Part shown: in pieces, positions 19,178 to 28,846 of the stretch
How the letters are laid out: each line of letters opens with the position of its first letter
How positions within the stretch are numbered: position 1 is the stretch's first letter
NCBI RefSeq assembly: GCF_038871235.1
Contig: NZ_JAVZIN010000004.1
Coordinates: 20,030 to 84,029, forward strand
Length of the DNA stretch: 64,000 nucleotides
Reading direction: 5' to 3'
From: Candidatus Hadarchaeum sp.
Lineage (GTDB): Archaea > Hadarchaeota > Hadarchaeia > Hadarchaeales > Hadarchaeaceae
Program-made: the position numbers and the translations under genes
The notes under the pieces: model-generated
The model's input: only the letters and a program-made list of their open reading frames with translations
Databases searched by the model: none
Told to the model about the DNA's origin: nothing

Positions 19178-19366
19178 ATGCCGGTGGCGAGAAAGTGTTC
19201 CTTCTGCGGCGGTCGAGTTGAGCCAGGCTCAGGGCTGATGTTTGTGAAGCGTGATGGTTCCATATTATTTTTTTGTTCTAGCAAATGTAGGCGCAACTTT
19301 TCCTTGGGACGAAAGCCAGCTCATCTGAAATGGACTCAGAGATCGAAATCCGGTGGTAAGGGTTGA
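19178..19366 (+). CDS. rpl24e: 50S ribosomal protein L24e
   Basis: [35 protein letters not shown] zinc-ribbon L24e signature. Confidence 0.9.
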   Translation: MPVARKCSFCGGRVEPGSGLMFVKRDGSILFFCSSKCRRNFSLGRKPAHLKWTQRSKSGGKG

Positions 19367-19761
19367 ACGAGCAGACCTTCGTGATGATAAAGCCGGACGG
19401 GGTCAGAAAGGGACTGATCGATGAGATAATCTTCCGTATCCAGAGAGCCGGATTAAAGGTAGTTGCGCAGCGTCGTTTGAAAATGGATCGGGGGTTGGCT
19501 GAAAGGCTTTATTCTGTTCATAAAGACAAACCATTTTTTGAGAGATTGGTGGATCATGTGCTTTCAGGTGAGGTCGTGGTTATGCTCGTGGAAGGGGAAA
19601 ATGCAGTTTTAAGGACGAGGGAGCTGATAGGGGCAACAGACCCCGCAAAAGCCGCGAAGGGAACAATACGTGGTGATTTCGCCTCCAGCGTCACTGAAAA
19701 CATCATTCATGCGGCAGATTCCCCTGAAAACGCCAGACGTGAAGCTTCGCTATTCTTTTAG
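19363..19761 (+). CDS. ndk: Nucleoside diphosphate kinase
   Basis: TTG start overlapping the rpl24e stop; [20 protein letters not shown] motifs. Confidence 0.85.
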   Translation: MNEQTFVMIKPDGVRKGLIDEIIFRIQRAGLKVVAQRRLKMDRGLAERLYSVHKDKPFFERLVDHVLSGEVVVMLVEGENAVLRTRELIGATDPAKAAKGTIRGDFASSVTENIIHAADSPENARREASLFF

Positions 19762-19815
19762 TTTATCCCATAAATCGAGAATTTGCTGGCAGCTGGTATT
19801 TTTTGACTTGTAGTT

Positions 19816-20034
19816 TTAGCCTCCAGCCAAAGGTACAACTCTAATGACTTTTTTCTTATCGACATTGACAAATCCAAAATTTTTAGCATATAACTTATTT
19901 CCTATTACGCAAACACCCTCGCCCGGGATGTACTCGCCTTTTTTCGCCAGTTCCATTCCAGGCGATACCCAAATATAGTCAGTTTCCGACTGGGGCGGCC
20001 TGCTCAGCTTTAATGTTTTTTTGGGTCTCATCAA
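19816..20034 (-). CDS. Small protein resembling only the N-terminal domain of exosome subunit Csl4 (no S1 or zinc-ribbon domains)
   Basis: ...VSPGMELAKKGEYIPGEGVCVIGNKLYAKNFGFVNVDKKKVIRVVPL fits the recalled Csl4 N-domain pattern VxPGDxLG..EEYxPGEGTY..NG.IYAS..G.V..D...R.V.V.P; TATA-like cttataaaaaat about 20 nt upstream on the minus strand. Confidence 0.4.
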   Translation of the reverse strand: MMRPKKTLKLSRPPQSETDYIWVSPGMELAKKGEYIPGEGVCVIGNKLYAKNFGFVNVDKKKVIRVVPLAGG

Positions 20035-20127
20035 TTAAAGCTTCATTATTTTTTATAAGACCTTTTTCATTCTAACAGAATTAAAAATAGGTCTGATGCT
20101 TTAAACTAGTCAGCATAAGATATTCTG

Positions 20128-21930
20128 GTGTTTAAGATGCAGAAGCCCAGAGTCAGACAGCCGTTGATAGCGGTGCTGGGCCATGTCGACCACGGCAAAA
20201 CATCTTTGCTGGATGCCATCAGAGGAACCAGAGTTGCCGCTAGGGAAGCCGGTGCGATTACTCAGCACGTTGGAGCCAGCGAGATACCTATAGATGCAAT
20301 TAGGAAGATTTGCGGAAAACTTCTGGAGAGGCTTAAGATAGAGCTTACTCTGCCTGGTCTTCTTTTTATCGACACACCGGGTCACGAAGCTTTCACCAAT
20401 CTTCGCCGGAGAGGCGGCTCTCTTGCTGATCTCGCCACCCTTGTTATTGATATCAATGAGGGGTTTATGCCCCAGACGTTGGAATCTTTGACAATTTTAA
20501 GAACATACAAGACCCCCTTCATGGTAATCGCCAATAAGATAGATCTAATTCCTGGTTGGAAAGCGATTCCTCGTGCCTGTTTTTTGGAATCCTTTGCGAA
20601 ACAACGCCCCGAGGTTCAACGTACACTGGATGAAAAAGTTTACGAACTCGTTGGGAAGTTGCACGAGCTAGGATTTGAATCTGAGAGGTTCGATCGGGTC
20701 AGCGATTTTCGCAGGCAAGTTTCTATAGTTCCCGCTAGCGCCAAGACTGGTGAGGGCATTGCGGAGATTTTAACCATTTTATCCGGACTTGCACAGAGGT
20801 ATTTGGAGAAGGAGCTGATGGTTGAGGTGACCGGCCCTGGGCGAGGAACTGTTCTTGAAGTGAAGGAAGAGGTTGGGTTGGGTAAAACAATAGATGTGAT
20901 AATATACGACGGTGTGGTGGCAAAGGGTGATCTTTTTGCGGTGGGCGGTCTGGATAAGGTGATCACTTCCAAGGTCAGATGCCTTCTTCAACCCAAGCCT
21001 CTTGATGAAATCCGAGATCCAGAGGATAGGTTCAATCAGGTTGAAATGGTTTACGCCGCCGCCGGGGTCAAGATTGCCGCGCCGAATCTTGAGGGAGTAG
21101 TGGCTGGTGCGCCTTTTTTAGTGATTAAAGATATAGCGGCGGCGGAAAAACTGTGGCAGGAAATGCAGCAGGAGCTGGAGCGCGTCAGGATAATTTCCGA
21201 TGTAAATGGCGTGGTTTTAAAGGCCGATGCTTTGGGCTCTCTTGAAGCTCTAGAGGGCCAGCTAAAGGCAAAGGGAATACCGATTCGCAAAGCCGATGTC
21301 GGCGATGTTTCTCGGCGGGATGTTATTGAAGCAGCCACGGTTGGCAAGAGTGATCAGCTTCTGGCTGTGGTGTTGGCCTTTAACGTCAAGGTCTTGCCAG
21401 ACGCCGTCTCCGAAGCCGAACGCGAGGGTGTTCAGATACTCCGGGATAATGTGATCTACAGGTTGCTGGAACAGTACGAAAGTTGGGTGAAGAAAAAGAG
21501 TGAAGAAGTTAGGGCGAATCGCTTGCAGGGATTCGTCAGGCCTGGAAAAATCGTCATCAAACCCGGCTATGTTTTCAGGCGTAGCGATCCAGCCATAGTA
21601 GGAATCGATGTTTTAGGCGGCGTCATTAGGACAAAGGCTCCGTTGATGAATAAGGAGGGCAAGTCGATCGGGTCCATCCGTGAGCTGCAAAAGGACAAGA
21701 AACCTATTCAAGAAGCAAAGCTTGGCGATGAGCTGGCTGTCTCCATAGATGGGCCAATGATCGGGCGCCAAGTTCAAGAGGGAGATGTTTTATATACAGA
21801 TGTACCAAGAGACCATGTGCTCGCACTGAGGAGAGATCTGCGTGATCTCCTTTCGGGTGATGAGCTTTCGGTGCTTGATGAGATAATCGCCATCAAGCAG
21901 AAAACAGATCCAACCTATGGAGTGATGTGA
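20128..21930 (+). CDS. infB: Translation initiation factor aIF5B (IF2 homolog)
   Basis: GTPase motifs [24 protein letters not shown]; 600 aa. Confidence 0.9.
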   Translation: MFKMQKPRVRQPLIAVLGHVDHGKTSLLDAIRGTRVAAREAGAITQHVGASEIPIDAIRKICGKLLERLKIELTLPGLLFIDTPGHEAFTNLRRRGGSLADLATLVIDINEGFMPQTLESLTILRTYKTPFMVIANKIDLIPGWKAIPRACFLESFAKQRPEVQRTLDEKVYELVGKLHELGFESERFDRVSDFRRQVSIVPASAKTGEGIAEILTILSGLAQRYLEKELMVEVTGPGRGTVLEVKEEVGLGKTIDVIIYDGVVAKGDLFAVGGLDKVITSKVRCLLQPKPLDEIRDPEDRFNQVEMVYAAAGVKIAAPNLEGVVAGAPFLVIKDIAAAEKLWQEMQQELERVRIISDVNGVVLKADALGSLEALEGQLKAKGIPIRKADVGDVSRRDVIEAATVGKSDQLLAVVLAFNVKVLPDAVSEAEREGVQILRDNVIYRLLEQYESWVKKKSEEVRANRLQGFVRPGKIVIKPGYVFRRSDPAIVGIDVLGGVIRTKAPLMNKEGKSIGSIRELQKDKKPIQEAKLGDELAVSIDGPMIGRQVQEGDVLYTDVPRDHVLALRRDLRDLLSGDELSVLDEIIAIKQKTDPTYGVM

Positions 21931-22325
21931 TGCCGTTCAAAATGGTGGTTGCAGACCCGAAGACGGGGAGGAGTTATAAGCTGGAGGCTCGAGAGCCGGA
22001 GGCCCGCAAATTGATCGGATTTAGGATTGGAGATAAGTTCGATGGTGGGGTAGTGGGATTACCCGGCTATGAGCTTCAGATAACCGGGGGTACCGATCGA
22101 GATGGATTCCCAATGCGTCCAGACATTGCAGGTTCGGGGCGGGCCAGTGTTTTGCTGGCTAGAGGACCGGGTTTCTCACCAAAGAGACCCGGTGAACGCC
22201 GTAGAAAGATGGTGCGTGGCTCCAGAGTTTCTGAGGACATCGTACAGCTCAACGTAGTGATAACGAAGTGGGGTGAAAAGCCCGTTGAGGAGATAATTCA
22301 GCCTAAGGAGACAAAGCAGGGCTAA
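21927..22325 (+). CDS. rps6e: 30S ribosomal protein S6e
   Basis: VVADPKTGRSYKLE...GFPMRPDIAGSGR pattern of S6e; overlaps the infB stop. Confidence 0.85.
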   Translation: MMPFKMVVADPKTGRSYKLEAREPEARKLIGFRIGDKFDGGVVGLPGYELQITGGTDRDGFPMRPDIAGSGRASVLLARGPGFSPKRPGERRRKMVRGSRVSEDIVQLNVVITKWGEKPVEEIIQPKETKQG

Positions 22326-22387
22326 CCGGTAACGGATTAAAATCACTGTGTTTTTAATGTGGGAGGAAAACTTGAACAAGGTGGAAA

Positions 22388-23602
22388 ATGCCCCAAGCTG
22401 AAGTCAATATAGGTCTTGTGGGTCACGTTGATCATGGCAAGACGACGCTGACGGAAGCGCTTTCGGGTATCTGGACAGATGTTCACAGCGAGGAAATACG
22501 CCGCGGGATATCGATTCGCTTGGGTTACGCCGACACCTCTTTTTATAAGTGCAAGGAATGCGACCGGTACACGACTAAGGAAAAATGTCCTTACTGTGGT
22601 GGTGCCACCCAGTTCCTGCGCCGTGTTTCTTTCGTTGACGCTCCAGGTCACGAGATGCTGATGGCCACCATGATCTCAGGTGCTGCGATAATGGATGGTG
22701 CCATATTGGTTGTGGCGGCAAACGAGACTTGCCCGCAGCCGCAGACGAAGGAACACTTGATGGCATTGGATATAATTGGTGTGAAAAATATCGTTGTGGC
22801 TCAAAATAAAGTCGAGTTAGTTTCGCGCGAAAAGGCTCTTGAGAACTATAAGCAGATAAAAGAGTTCTTGGCGGGGACCCCAGCAAAGGATGCACCGATA
22901 ATTCCCGTTTCAGCAATTCACAGGGCCAACATAGATAAGCTGATCGAGGCCATTGAAAAAGTGATTCCGACTCCAAAACGTGATGAGACCAAGCCAGCTC
23001 GCATGTATGTGGCTAGGTCTTTCGACGTTAATCGTCCGGGGACGAGGCCGGAGAATCTCCGCGGCGGTGTCGTGGGAGGGTCTTTACAACAGGGAAAGCT
23101 CAAGGTTGGAGATGAAATAGAACTCAAACCAGGCATAAAGATAACCCGGGAGGGCCGGACAGCCTGGCAGTCTTTAGTTTCAAGGGTGGTTAGCCTGCAT
23201 GCGATGGACAGCCCCCTGGAGGAGGCCAAGCCGGGCGGGTTAATCGGCGTTGGCACTCTGCTGGATCCCTCACTAACAAAGGGCGACTCACTCGTGGGCT
23301 CGGTTTTGGGCCTGCCTGGGTCACTCCCTGAAGTTCTCACCTCGCTGGAGCTGGATGTCAATCTTATGAAGCGCGTCGTTGGTTTGGAGGAGGAGTTGGA
23401 AATAAAGCCTCTAGTTACCGGCGAGGTTCTCATGTTGAATGTAGGCACGACCATGACTGTAGGTACAGTCGTAAGTGCAAGAGGAGATAAAGCTACAGTC
23501 AGGCTCAAGTTGCCGGTGTGTGTGGAAATCGGCGCGCGGGCAGCCCTGAGCCGCAGGATTGCCGGCAGGTGGCGTCTTGTTGGGTATGGTATCATCAAGT
23601 GA
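22388..23602 (+). CDS. eif2g: Translation initiation factor 2 gamma subunit
   Basis: [15 protein letters not shown], zinc knuckle CKECDR...CPYCGG, DAPGHE, NKVE motifs. Confidence 0.9.
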   Translation: MPQAEVNIGLVGHVDHGKTTLTEALSGIWTDVHSEEIRRGISIRLGYADTSFYKCKECDRYTTKEKCPYCGGATQFLRRVSFVDAPGHEMLMATMISGAAIMDGAILVVAANETCPQPQTKEHLMALDIIGVKNIVVAQNKVELVSREKALENYKQIKEFLAGTPAKDAPIIPVSAIHRANIDKLIEAIEKVIPTPKRDETKPARMYVARSFDVNRPGTRPENLRGGVVGGSLQQGKLKVGDEIELKPGIKITREGRTAWQSLVSRVVSLHAMDSPLEEAKPGGLIGVGTLLDPSLTKGDSLVGSVLGLPGSLPEVLTSLELDVNLMKRVVGLEEELEIKPLVTGEVLMLNVGTTMTVGTVVSARGDKATVRLKLPVCVEIGARAALSRRIAGRWRLVGYGIIK

Positions 23603-23996
23603 CGGAAGAATTCTTCAGGTAATTGCAGATACAAGTTTTCTCATGATTCCGGGTATGTTCGGGATTGACGTTTTTAGAGAACTAGATAGACTGCTTGATC
23701 GTTCTTATGAACTTCTGGTACCCAGCCCAGTGGTTTCGGAGCTCGAGAGGATCTCTAGGCAGGGTAAACCTAAAGAGAGATTGGCAGCAAAACTGGGCCT
23801 TACCTTAATCAAGCGCGGTTCTGTTATCGATGTCGGAGGAGAGGCGGATGAGTCAATAGTTAAGCTTGCTACGGAGAGGAAATGTATGGTTGGGACCTCC
23901 GACTTGGACCTCCGAAAGAAACTTCGTTCCCGCGGGATTGACGTAATCTATTTAAGGGGTAAGTCACACCTTGCTTTAAATAGTCATTTAGGGTGA
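23586..23996 (+). CDS. PIN-domain protein (conserved neighbour of aIF2gamma in archaea)
   Basis: [12 protein letters not shown]...SELERI...DESIV...[11 protein letters not shown] acidic-residue pattern of a PIN fold; start uncertain (ATG 23586 or later). Confidence 0.55.
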   Translation: MVSSSDGRILQVIADTSFLMIPGMFGIDVFRELDRLLDRSYELLVPSPVVSELERISRQGKPKERLAAKLGLTLIKRGSVIDVGGEADESIVKLATERKCMVGTSDLDLRKKLRSRGIDVIYLRGKSHLALNSHLG

Positions 23997-24000
23997 AATC

Positions 24001-25974
24001 TTGTCGCTGGAAATTTTGCCGTTGTTGGCAGCGATGGCAGCAATTGCGGTGGCGGCTATATCGGCACGCGTTGTTTTGAAAGAAGATCAAGGTTCCCAGC
24101 GGGTCAGGGAGATCGCTGGCGCTATACAAGAGGGTGCCTCGGCCTTTTTGAGAAGGCAGTACACCACCATTTGGATTGTGATTATCATCATTGCCGGACT
24201 TCTTTTTGTTGCCCCTGGCTGGGGTTGGCAGGCGTCCCTCGTCTATGTGGGGGGGGCGCTATCATCAACCGCAGCTGGTTTCATAGGGATGTCCATCGCC
24301 GTTAGAGCCAACTCCCGGACAGCCACAGCCGCACTCACCGGCATCAGCAAGGCTTTAAAAGTTGCTTTTCGCGGCGGGCTGGTAATGGGTATGTCAGTAG
24401 TTGGCATAGGTTTGCTTGGCATCTTTTTGTGTTTTTCTTGGCTGGGCAATCCAACCTTGGTTCTCCCTTACAGCTTCGGAGCCAGCACGGTTGCGCTGTT
24501 CGCGCGCGTTGGCGGCGGGATTTTCACCAAGACAGCCGATGTTGGTGCAGATTTAGTAGGTAAGGTTGAGAAGGGCATACCTGAGGACGATCCGAGGAAC
24601 CCAGCTGTGATCGCTGACAACGTAGGCGACAATGTTGGTGATGTTGCTGGGATGGGGGCCGATCTTTTCGAATCATATGTTGCCAGCACTGTGGCGGCGA
24701 TGATAGTGGGTCTGGTTACCTATGGTTCTAATGGGATTCTGTTACCCCTGCTGATATCCGCTTTGGGAATAGTTGCCTCGATAATCAGCGTTCCCTTTGT
24801 TCGCGTCCGCGAGGGTAAAAACCCGAGCTATGCTCTAAACACCGCGACGATAGTTTCGGTTGTCGTTACGGCCATCTTTGCTATTTTAATCTCCTCAAAT
24901 ATTTTCGGCTGGGCAATTGGGTGGAAGTTATTTATCGCCGTTTTGGTCGGGCTGATCTCCGGTCTCGTCATTGGCCTCACCTCAGATTACTTCACCAACA
25001 ACCTCCACAGGCCGTCCCAGCTGATAGCTGAGTCGGACCAATCGGGAACCGCTATTGGAATACTGACTGGATTTTCCTACGGGCTGGTTAGCACCTTTCT
25101 ACCCATCATTTCAATAGCGGTGGCGGTGGTGATTGCCTTCATCGCTGCGGGTTTCTATGGGATTTGTCTGGCAGGGGTTGGAATGCTTGCCGTTACTGGT
25201 ATTGTGGTTGCATCTGACGCCTATGGCCCAGTAGCCGACAATGCCGGCGGAATTGTAGAGCAGTCGGGTATGTCCGAGGAAGTCAGAAAAGTGACTGACT
25301 CTCTCGACTCGGTGGGGAACACCACAAAGGCGATATGCAAAGGTTTTGCAATAGGTTCGGCCGCGCTGACAGCGGTGGCACTGTTTGCGACTTATCAGGA
25401 GGTTTCTAAAGTTTTGAGCTTGGATCTGTTGAATCCAAACGTGATGGCGGGGGTCTTCATCGGCGCCGGCGTCGTGGCACTTTTCTCCGCTTTAGTGATT
25501 TTGGCTGTAGGCAGGAATGCCTTTAAGATGGTTGAAGAGGTCAGAAGGCAGTTCAAGGAAATACCAGGGTTGATAGAAGGCAAAGCCAAGCCAGACTACG
25601 CTAGGTGTGTTGACATTGCTACAAAGGGAGCATTAAAGGAACTGATGGGTCCGGGCGTGCTGGCTTTGGCAATACCGATTGTAGTCGGCTTGGTGCTGGG
25701 CAAGGCCGCATTAGGTGGCTTCTTGGCGGGCAGCATCGTTACTGGGCTCATTTTTGGTTTGCTCATGGCCAATGCCGGCGGTGCTTGGGATAATGCCAAG
25801 AAATATATTGAGATGGGCCACTTCGGTGGTAAGGGCACTCCCACACACGCCGCCGCTGTAGTCGGCGACACTGTCGGCGATCCTTTCAAGGATACTGCGG
25901 GACCTTCGCTGAATATTCTGATAAAGCTGATGTCGATGGTTGCTCTGATCGCGGTGCCGATGTTGTTAATGTAG
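24001..25974 (+). CDS. hppA: Membrane-bound proton-translocating pyrophosphatase (H+-PPase)
   Basis: [71 protein letters not shown] signatures; TTG start. Confidence 0.9.
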   Translation: MSLEILPLLAAMAAIAVAAISARVVLKEDQGSQRVREIAGAIQEGASAFLRRQYTTIWIVIIIIAGLLFVAPGWGWQASLVYVGGALSSTAAGFIGMSIAVRANSRTATAALTGISKALKVAFRGGLVMGMSVVGIGLLGIFLCFSWLGNPTLVLPYSFGASTVALFARVGGGIFTKTADVGADLVGKVEKGIPEDDPRNPAVIADNVGDNVGDVAGMGADLFESYVASTVAAMIVGLVTYGSNGILLPLLISALGIVASIISVPFVRVREGKNPSYALNTATIVSVVVTAIFAILISSNIFGWAIGWKLFIAVLVGLISGLVIGLTSDYFTNNLHRPSQLIAESDQSGTAIGILTGFSYGLVSTFLPIISIAVAVVIAFIAAGFYGICLAGVGMLAVTGIVVASDAYGPVADNAGGIVEQSGMSEEVRKVTDSLDSVGNTTKAICKGFAIGSAALTAVALFATYQEVSKVLSLDLLNPNVMAGVFIGAGVVALFSALVILAVGRNAFKMVEEVRRQFKEIPGLIEGKAKPDYARCVDIATKGALKELMGPGVLALAIPIVVGLVLGKAALGGFLAGSIVTGLIFGLLMANAGGAWDNAKKYIEMGHFGGKGTPTHAAAVVGDTVGDPFKDTAGPSLNILIKLMSMVALIAVPMLLM

Positions 25975-25981
25975 CTTGACT

Positions 25982-25992
25982 GTTATTTTTAT
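25982..25992 (+). terminator. T-rich tract downstream of hppA (possible archaeal oligo-T terminator)
   Basis: ttatttttatt immediately after the stop codon. Confidence 0.25.
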
Positions 25993-26131
25993 TGAAGATG
26001 AATGAAAACACTTTTTTTCAGGGGTGAGGTTGGTTTAGAGTTTATAAGGAAAAAGAGGGTAAAGAATAGAGGTGCCGGGGTGGCCTTCGGCTTTTACTCT
26101 GGCGTCAAAACTAGTAGGTTTAGGTGGAATC

Positions 26132-26686
26132 GTGTATAAACTCCTGACGATTGAAGACACTGTCCGTGTGCCGCCAAATAGGTTTTCCGAGAAGCTAGAG
26201 GATGTTGTTTTGGACATTCTGAGGAAAAACTATGGCGGAATCACAGATAAGGATGTGGGGATGGTCTTGGTGGTCACGAAGGTATTGGATATCTCCATAG
26301 GCCGCATTATAATGGGCGACGGCGCCAGCTATCACGACGTTACTTTTGAGGCCTTGGTGTACAAGCCGGAAATAAATGAAATTGCAATGGGTGAAATAGT
26401 GGAAATAGTTGAGTTTGGCGCTTTTGTCAGGCTAGGTCCAATTGATGGGCTGGTTCACGTTTCCCAGGTGATGAACGATTTTGTTGGTTATGATAAAAAG
26501 AAGGGAGTTCTCTACGGAAAGGAGTCCAAACGTTCGGTGAAGGAGGGGGATAAGGTCAGGGCACGCATAGTTACCGTCAGTCTCAAGCGGGGAACAAAGG
26601 CTGGAAAGATCGGCCTTACCATGCGCCAGCCGGGGCTGGGCAAGCTTGAGTGGATTGAAGAGGCTAGGAAGGAGGCTAAAGCTTGA
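26132..26686 (+). CDS. rpoE: DNA-directed RNA polymerase subunit E' (Rpo7)
   Basis: (M)YKLLTIEDTVRVPP...GLVHVSQV S1-domain subunit; GTG start 26132 preceded by ribosome-binding site AGGTGG; the track start 26072 adds an unlikely extension. Confidence 0.85.
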   Translation: MYKLLTIEDTVRVPPNRFSEKLEDVVLDILRKNYGGITDKDVGMVLVVTKVLDISIGRIIMGDGASYHDVTFEALVYKPEINEIAMGEIVEIVEFGAFVRLGPIDGLVHVSQVMNDFVGYDKKKGVLYGKESKRSVKEGDKVRARIVTVSLKRGTKAGKIGLTMRQPGLGKLEWIEEARKEAKA

Positions 26687-26868
26687 AGTTGCTTGCCTGT
26701 CGCAACTGCAATTATATCACTGAGTCCAGCACCTGTCCCAACTGTGGCGGTGCCTCACTCTCTGAAGATTGGGCAGGCTATGTGATAGTACTGGATGTTG
26801 AGGGCTCGGAGATAGCTAAGAGGCTCAACATCACCAAACCGGGAAAATATGCCTTGAAAGTTAGGTAA
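26683..26868 (+). CDS. spt4: Transcription elongation factor Spt4 / RNA polymerase subunit E''
   Basis: MKLLACRNCNYITESSTCPNCGG zinc ribbon, 61 aa, overlaps the rpoE' stop. Confidence 0.85.
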   Translation: MKLLACRNCNYITESSTCPNCGGASLSEDWAGYVIVLDVEGSEIAKRLNITKPGKYALKVR

Positions 26869-26968
26869 ATCCTATTCAGAGCATAATTTTTGAGGCGTGA
26901 ATTTTCGCCAGCGACAGAATTTTTTTATGAAAATTTGATGAATGATGTTTTGACGTGAGGTGGCTTTG

Positions 26969-27178
26969 TCAAATACTCCAATTAAGTTGTGTTCGCTGAG
27001 ACATAACTTTCGTTTTGGTTAGCCCGACAACCTGTGTTGCGTTAGATGGCTTACTTTTCCTAACAAGTATTTTCAGTCTGCTTTTAGTGATTTTCCCCAT
27101 CTCACAGTTCACTAGTTCTCGTTCGGCTGTTGTGATCTCAAGACCTGCGGCTTCCGCAGTTGTCGGCTTATCCTCCAC
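26969..27178 (-). CDS. Hypothetical small protein (69 aa)
   Basis: GTG-initiated ORF with TATA-like aaatatttag about 25 nt upstream (directly after the pheT stop); no recognisable family. Confidence 0.3.
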   Translation of the reverse strand: MEDKPTTAEAAGLEITTAERELVNCEMGKITKSRLKILVRKSKPSNATQVVGLTKTKVMSQRTQLNWSI

Positions 27179-27208
27179 CTAATAGCGTTTTCCAGATCCG
27201 CTAAATAT

Positions 27209-28846
27209 TTACTCCAAATCGATTTCAAAGACAGAGACCGGATGTTCTAATTCGAAGCCGATGATTACCTCAGGATGCAGCTCCCCAACAACACCGATTT
27301 TTTTGCCCTCAGTGAGGAATTCTGCAACTCTGCCATCAATGAAGCTGGGGTGCGAAGAGGCTTTTACCTCCCATCTTTTTCCAAGTTCCCTGAGTACCGC
27401 TTCCGCGGCGGCTTTTATATAAGTAAACCCAAAGCCCTCGCCTGCAACTGCCGAGGCCGCTCTTCTCACATTTCTGGCCCCAGTTTCGGATTTTTCATCA
27501 AGCAACACCACATCACCGATCTCAAAAATTTTTTGTGGCAGCGGGTTTCTGCGGTTTTTCTTCAGTACCAACAACAAGGACGGAATCAAGGAATCCCTAA
27601 GTATCGTGTACTCTTCGGAAATAGGGTTGGCTATTTCTACGGCTTCCCCCTTCAACCTCATAAGGTCAAAGTTGACTTTGGGATTGGTCAGCGTGTAGGT
27701 CATCACTTCCATAAAATTCAATCCGGTGAGAACCCGCCTCGCTTTTTCGCTGATTTTTTCAATAGGTGCACGTTCTCCGATAGTTAAAACCTTCGGAAGC
27801 GTTGGCTCAAGCTTGTCGTATCCGTATCCTATTGCTATGTCCTCAATGATATCTATTTCGTGCATGATGTCGCAGCGGTAGGGCGGAATTAGTAGTCTCA
27901 GCTTGGCCCCGTTGATTTTTTCCACCCCGTAACGCATTGCCATCGCTAGTTTAGCGATCTGTTTTGAGTTGAGATCGATACCTATAGTTTTCTTCGCATT
28001 GCTGACGTTGAGGTTCAATTTGCTTGGCTTTAAGTTCGGGGTAGTGACCCGCCTCTTAGGATATTTTACCACAACGGTTTCTAGGGTAAATCCTCTTTCC
28101 CCCAATCCAGCCATAATTATCGTGAGTGCTTGGTTAACGGCTCGCTCGTCATGTCCGGTAACGTCGATAAAGAGTGAATCCGTTTTTTCAGTCACCCGCG
28201 TGTCCTCACTGTTGATTATTGGGGGCAGAGATAGCACCGTTCCTCGTCCGTCGATCAACAGCGGATATCTTGGCAGCCCCTGAAGCAAAGACCCGTATTC
28301 AATCCCTTTTGGATGCTCGTGAAGTATTTCCATAGGGGTAAGCTCGCGCCCGAAGTCAAGCGGCAAGAAGCGGATGCCTTCCGGTGTTGTGGTGGTGTAT
28401 ATCACATGAGGGGCGATGGTTTTGAGATCATAGATGCCGATAGATGCTTTTTCTCGTTTTCTGCCCAGCGATGCGTGCAGTTTTTCTTGAACCTGCATAA
28501 TTGAGGCGACAATGTCGTCTGTCATTTTTACGTTGCTAACGGCACCGGCGGCTATAAACGGTCGAATCGATTCAACGCTGGGGTCGACTTCAACGGTGAT
28601 GTTTGATGGCTTGGTTCTGTATCTTGGTAGGCCGGTTTCAATACGGAGAAATCCCTTAAGGACCCTAGCGACCCCCTCGCAGCTCAAGAGATCAGGACGA
28701 TTGTGGGCGATTTCTATTTTAATCTCGTCACCATTTGCTTCAGCTTCCATCCCCAGCATCCCCAGCCGCTCGCAAAGTCTGTCGATCTCAATAGTTTTAC
28801 CAAGCAGGCCGCAGAGATCACGGTAGCTGATGCTGATGGATGGCAC
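27209..28846 (-). CDS. pheT: Phenylalanyl-tRNA synthetase beta subunit
   Basis: Archaeal PheT architecture (545 aa from GTG 28846, (M)PSISISYRDLCGLLGK...); GTG overlaps the pheS stop; the track ORF extends 62 codons further, implausibly. Confidence 0.85.
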   Translation of the reverse strand: MPSISISYRDLCGLLGKTIEIDRLCERLGMLGMEAEANGDEIKIEIAHNRPDLLSCEGVARVLKGFLRIETGLPRYRTKPSNITVEVDPSVESIRPFIAAGAVSNVKMTDDIVASIMQVQEKLHASLGRKREKASIGIYDLKTIAPHVIYTTTTPEGIRFLPLDFGRELTPMEILHEHPKGIEYGSLLQGLPRYPLLIDGRGTVLSLPPIINSEDTRVTEKTDSLFIDVTGHDERAVNQALTIIMAGLGERGFTLETVVVKYPKRRVTTPNLKPSKLNLNVSNAKKTIGIDLNSKQIAKLAMAMRYGVEKINGAKLRLLIPPYRCDIMHEIDIIEDIAIGYGYDKLEPTLPKVLTIGERAPIEKISEKARRVLTGLNFMEVMTYTLTNPKVNFDLMRLKGEAVEIANPISEEYTILRDSLIPSLLLVLKKNRRNPLPQKIFEIGDVVLLDEKSETGARNVRRAASAVAGEGFGFTYIKAAAEAVLRELGKRWEVKASSHPSFIDGRVAEFLTEGKKIGVVGELHPEVIIGFELEHPVSVFEIDLE

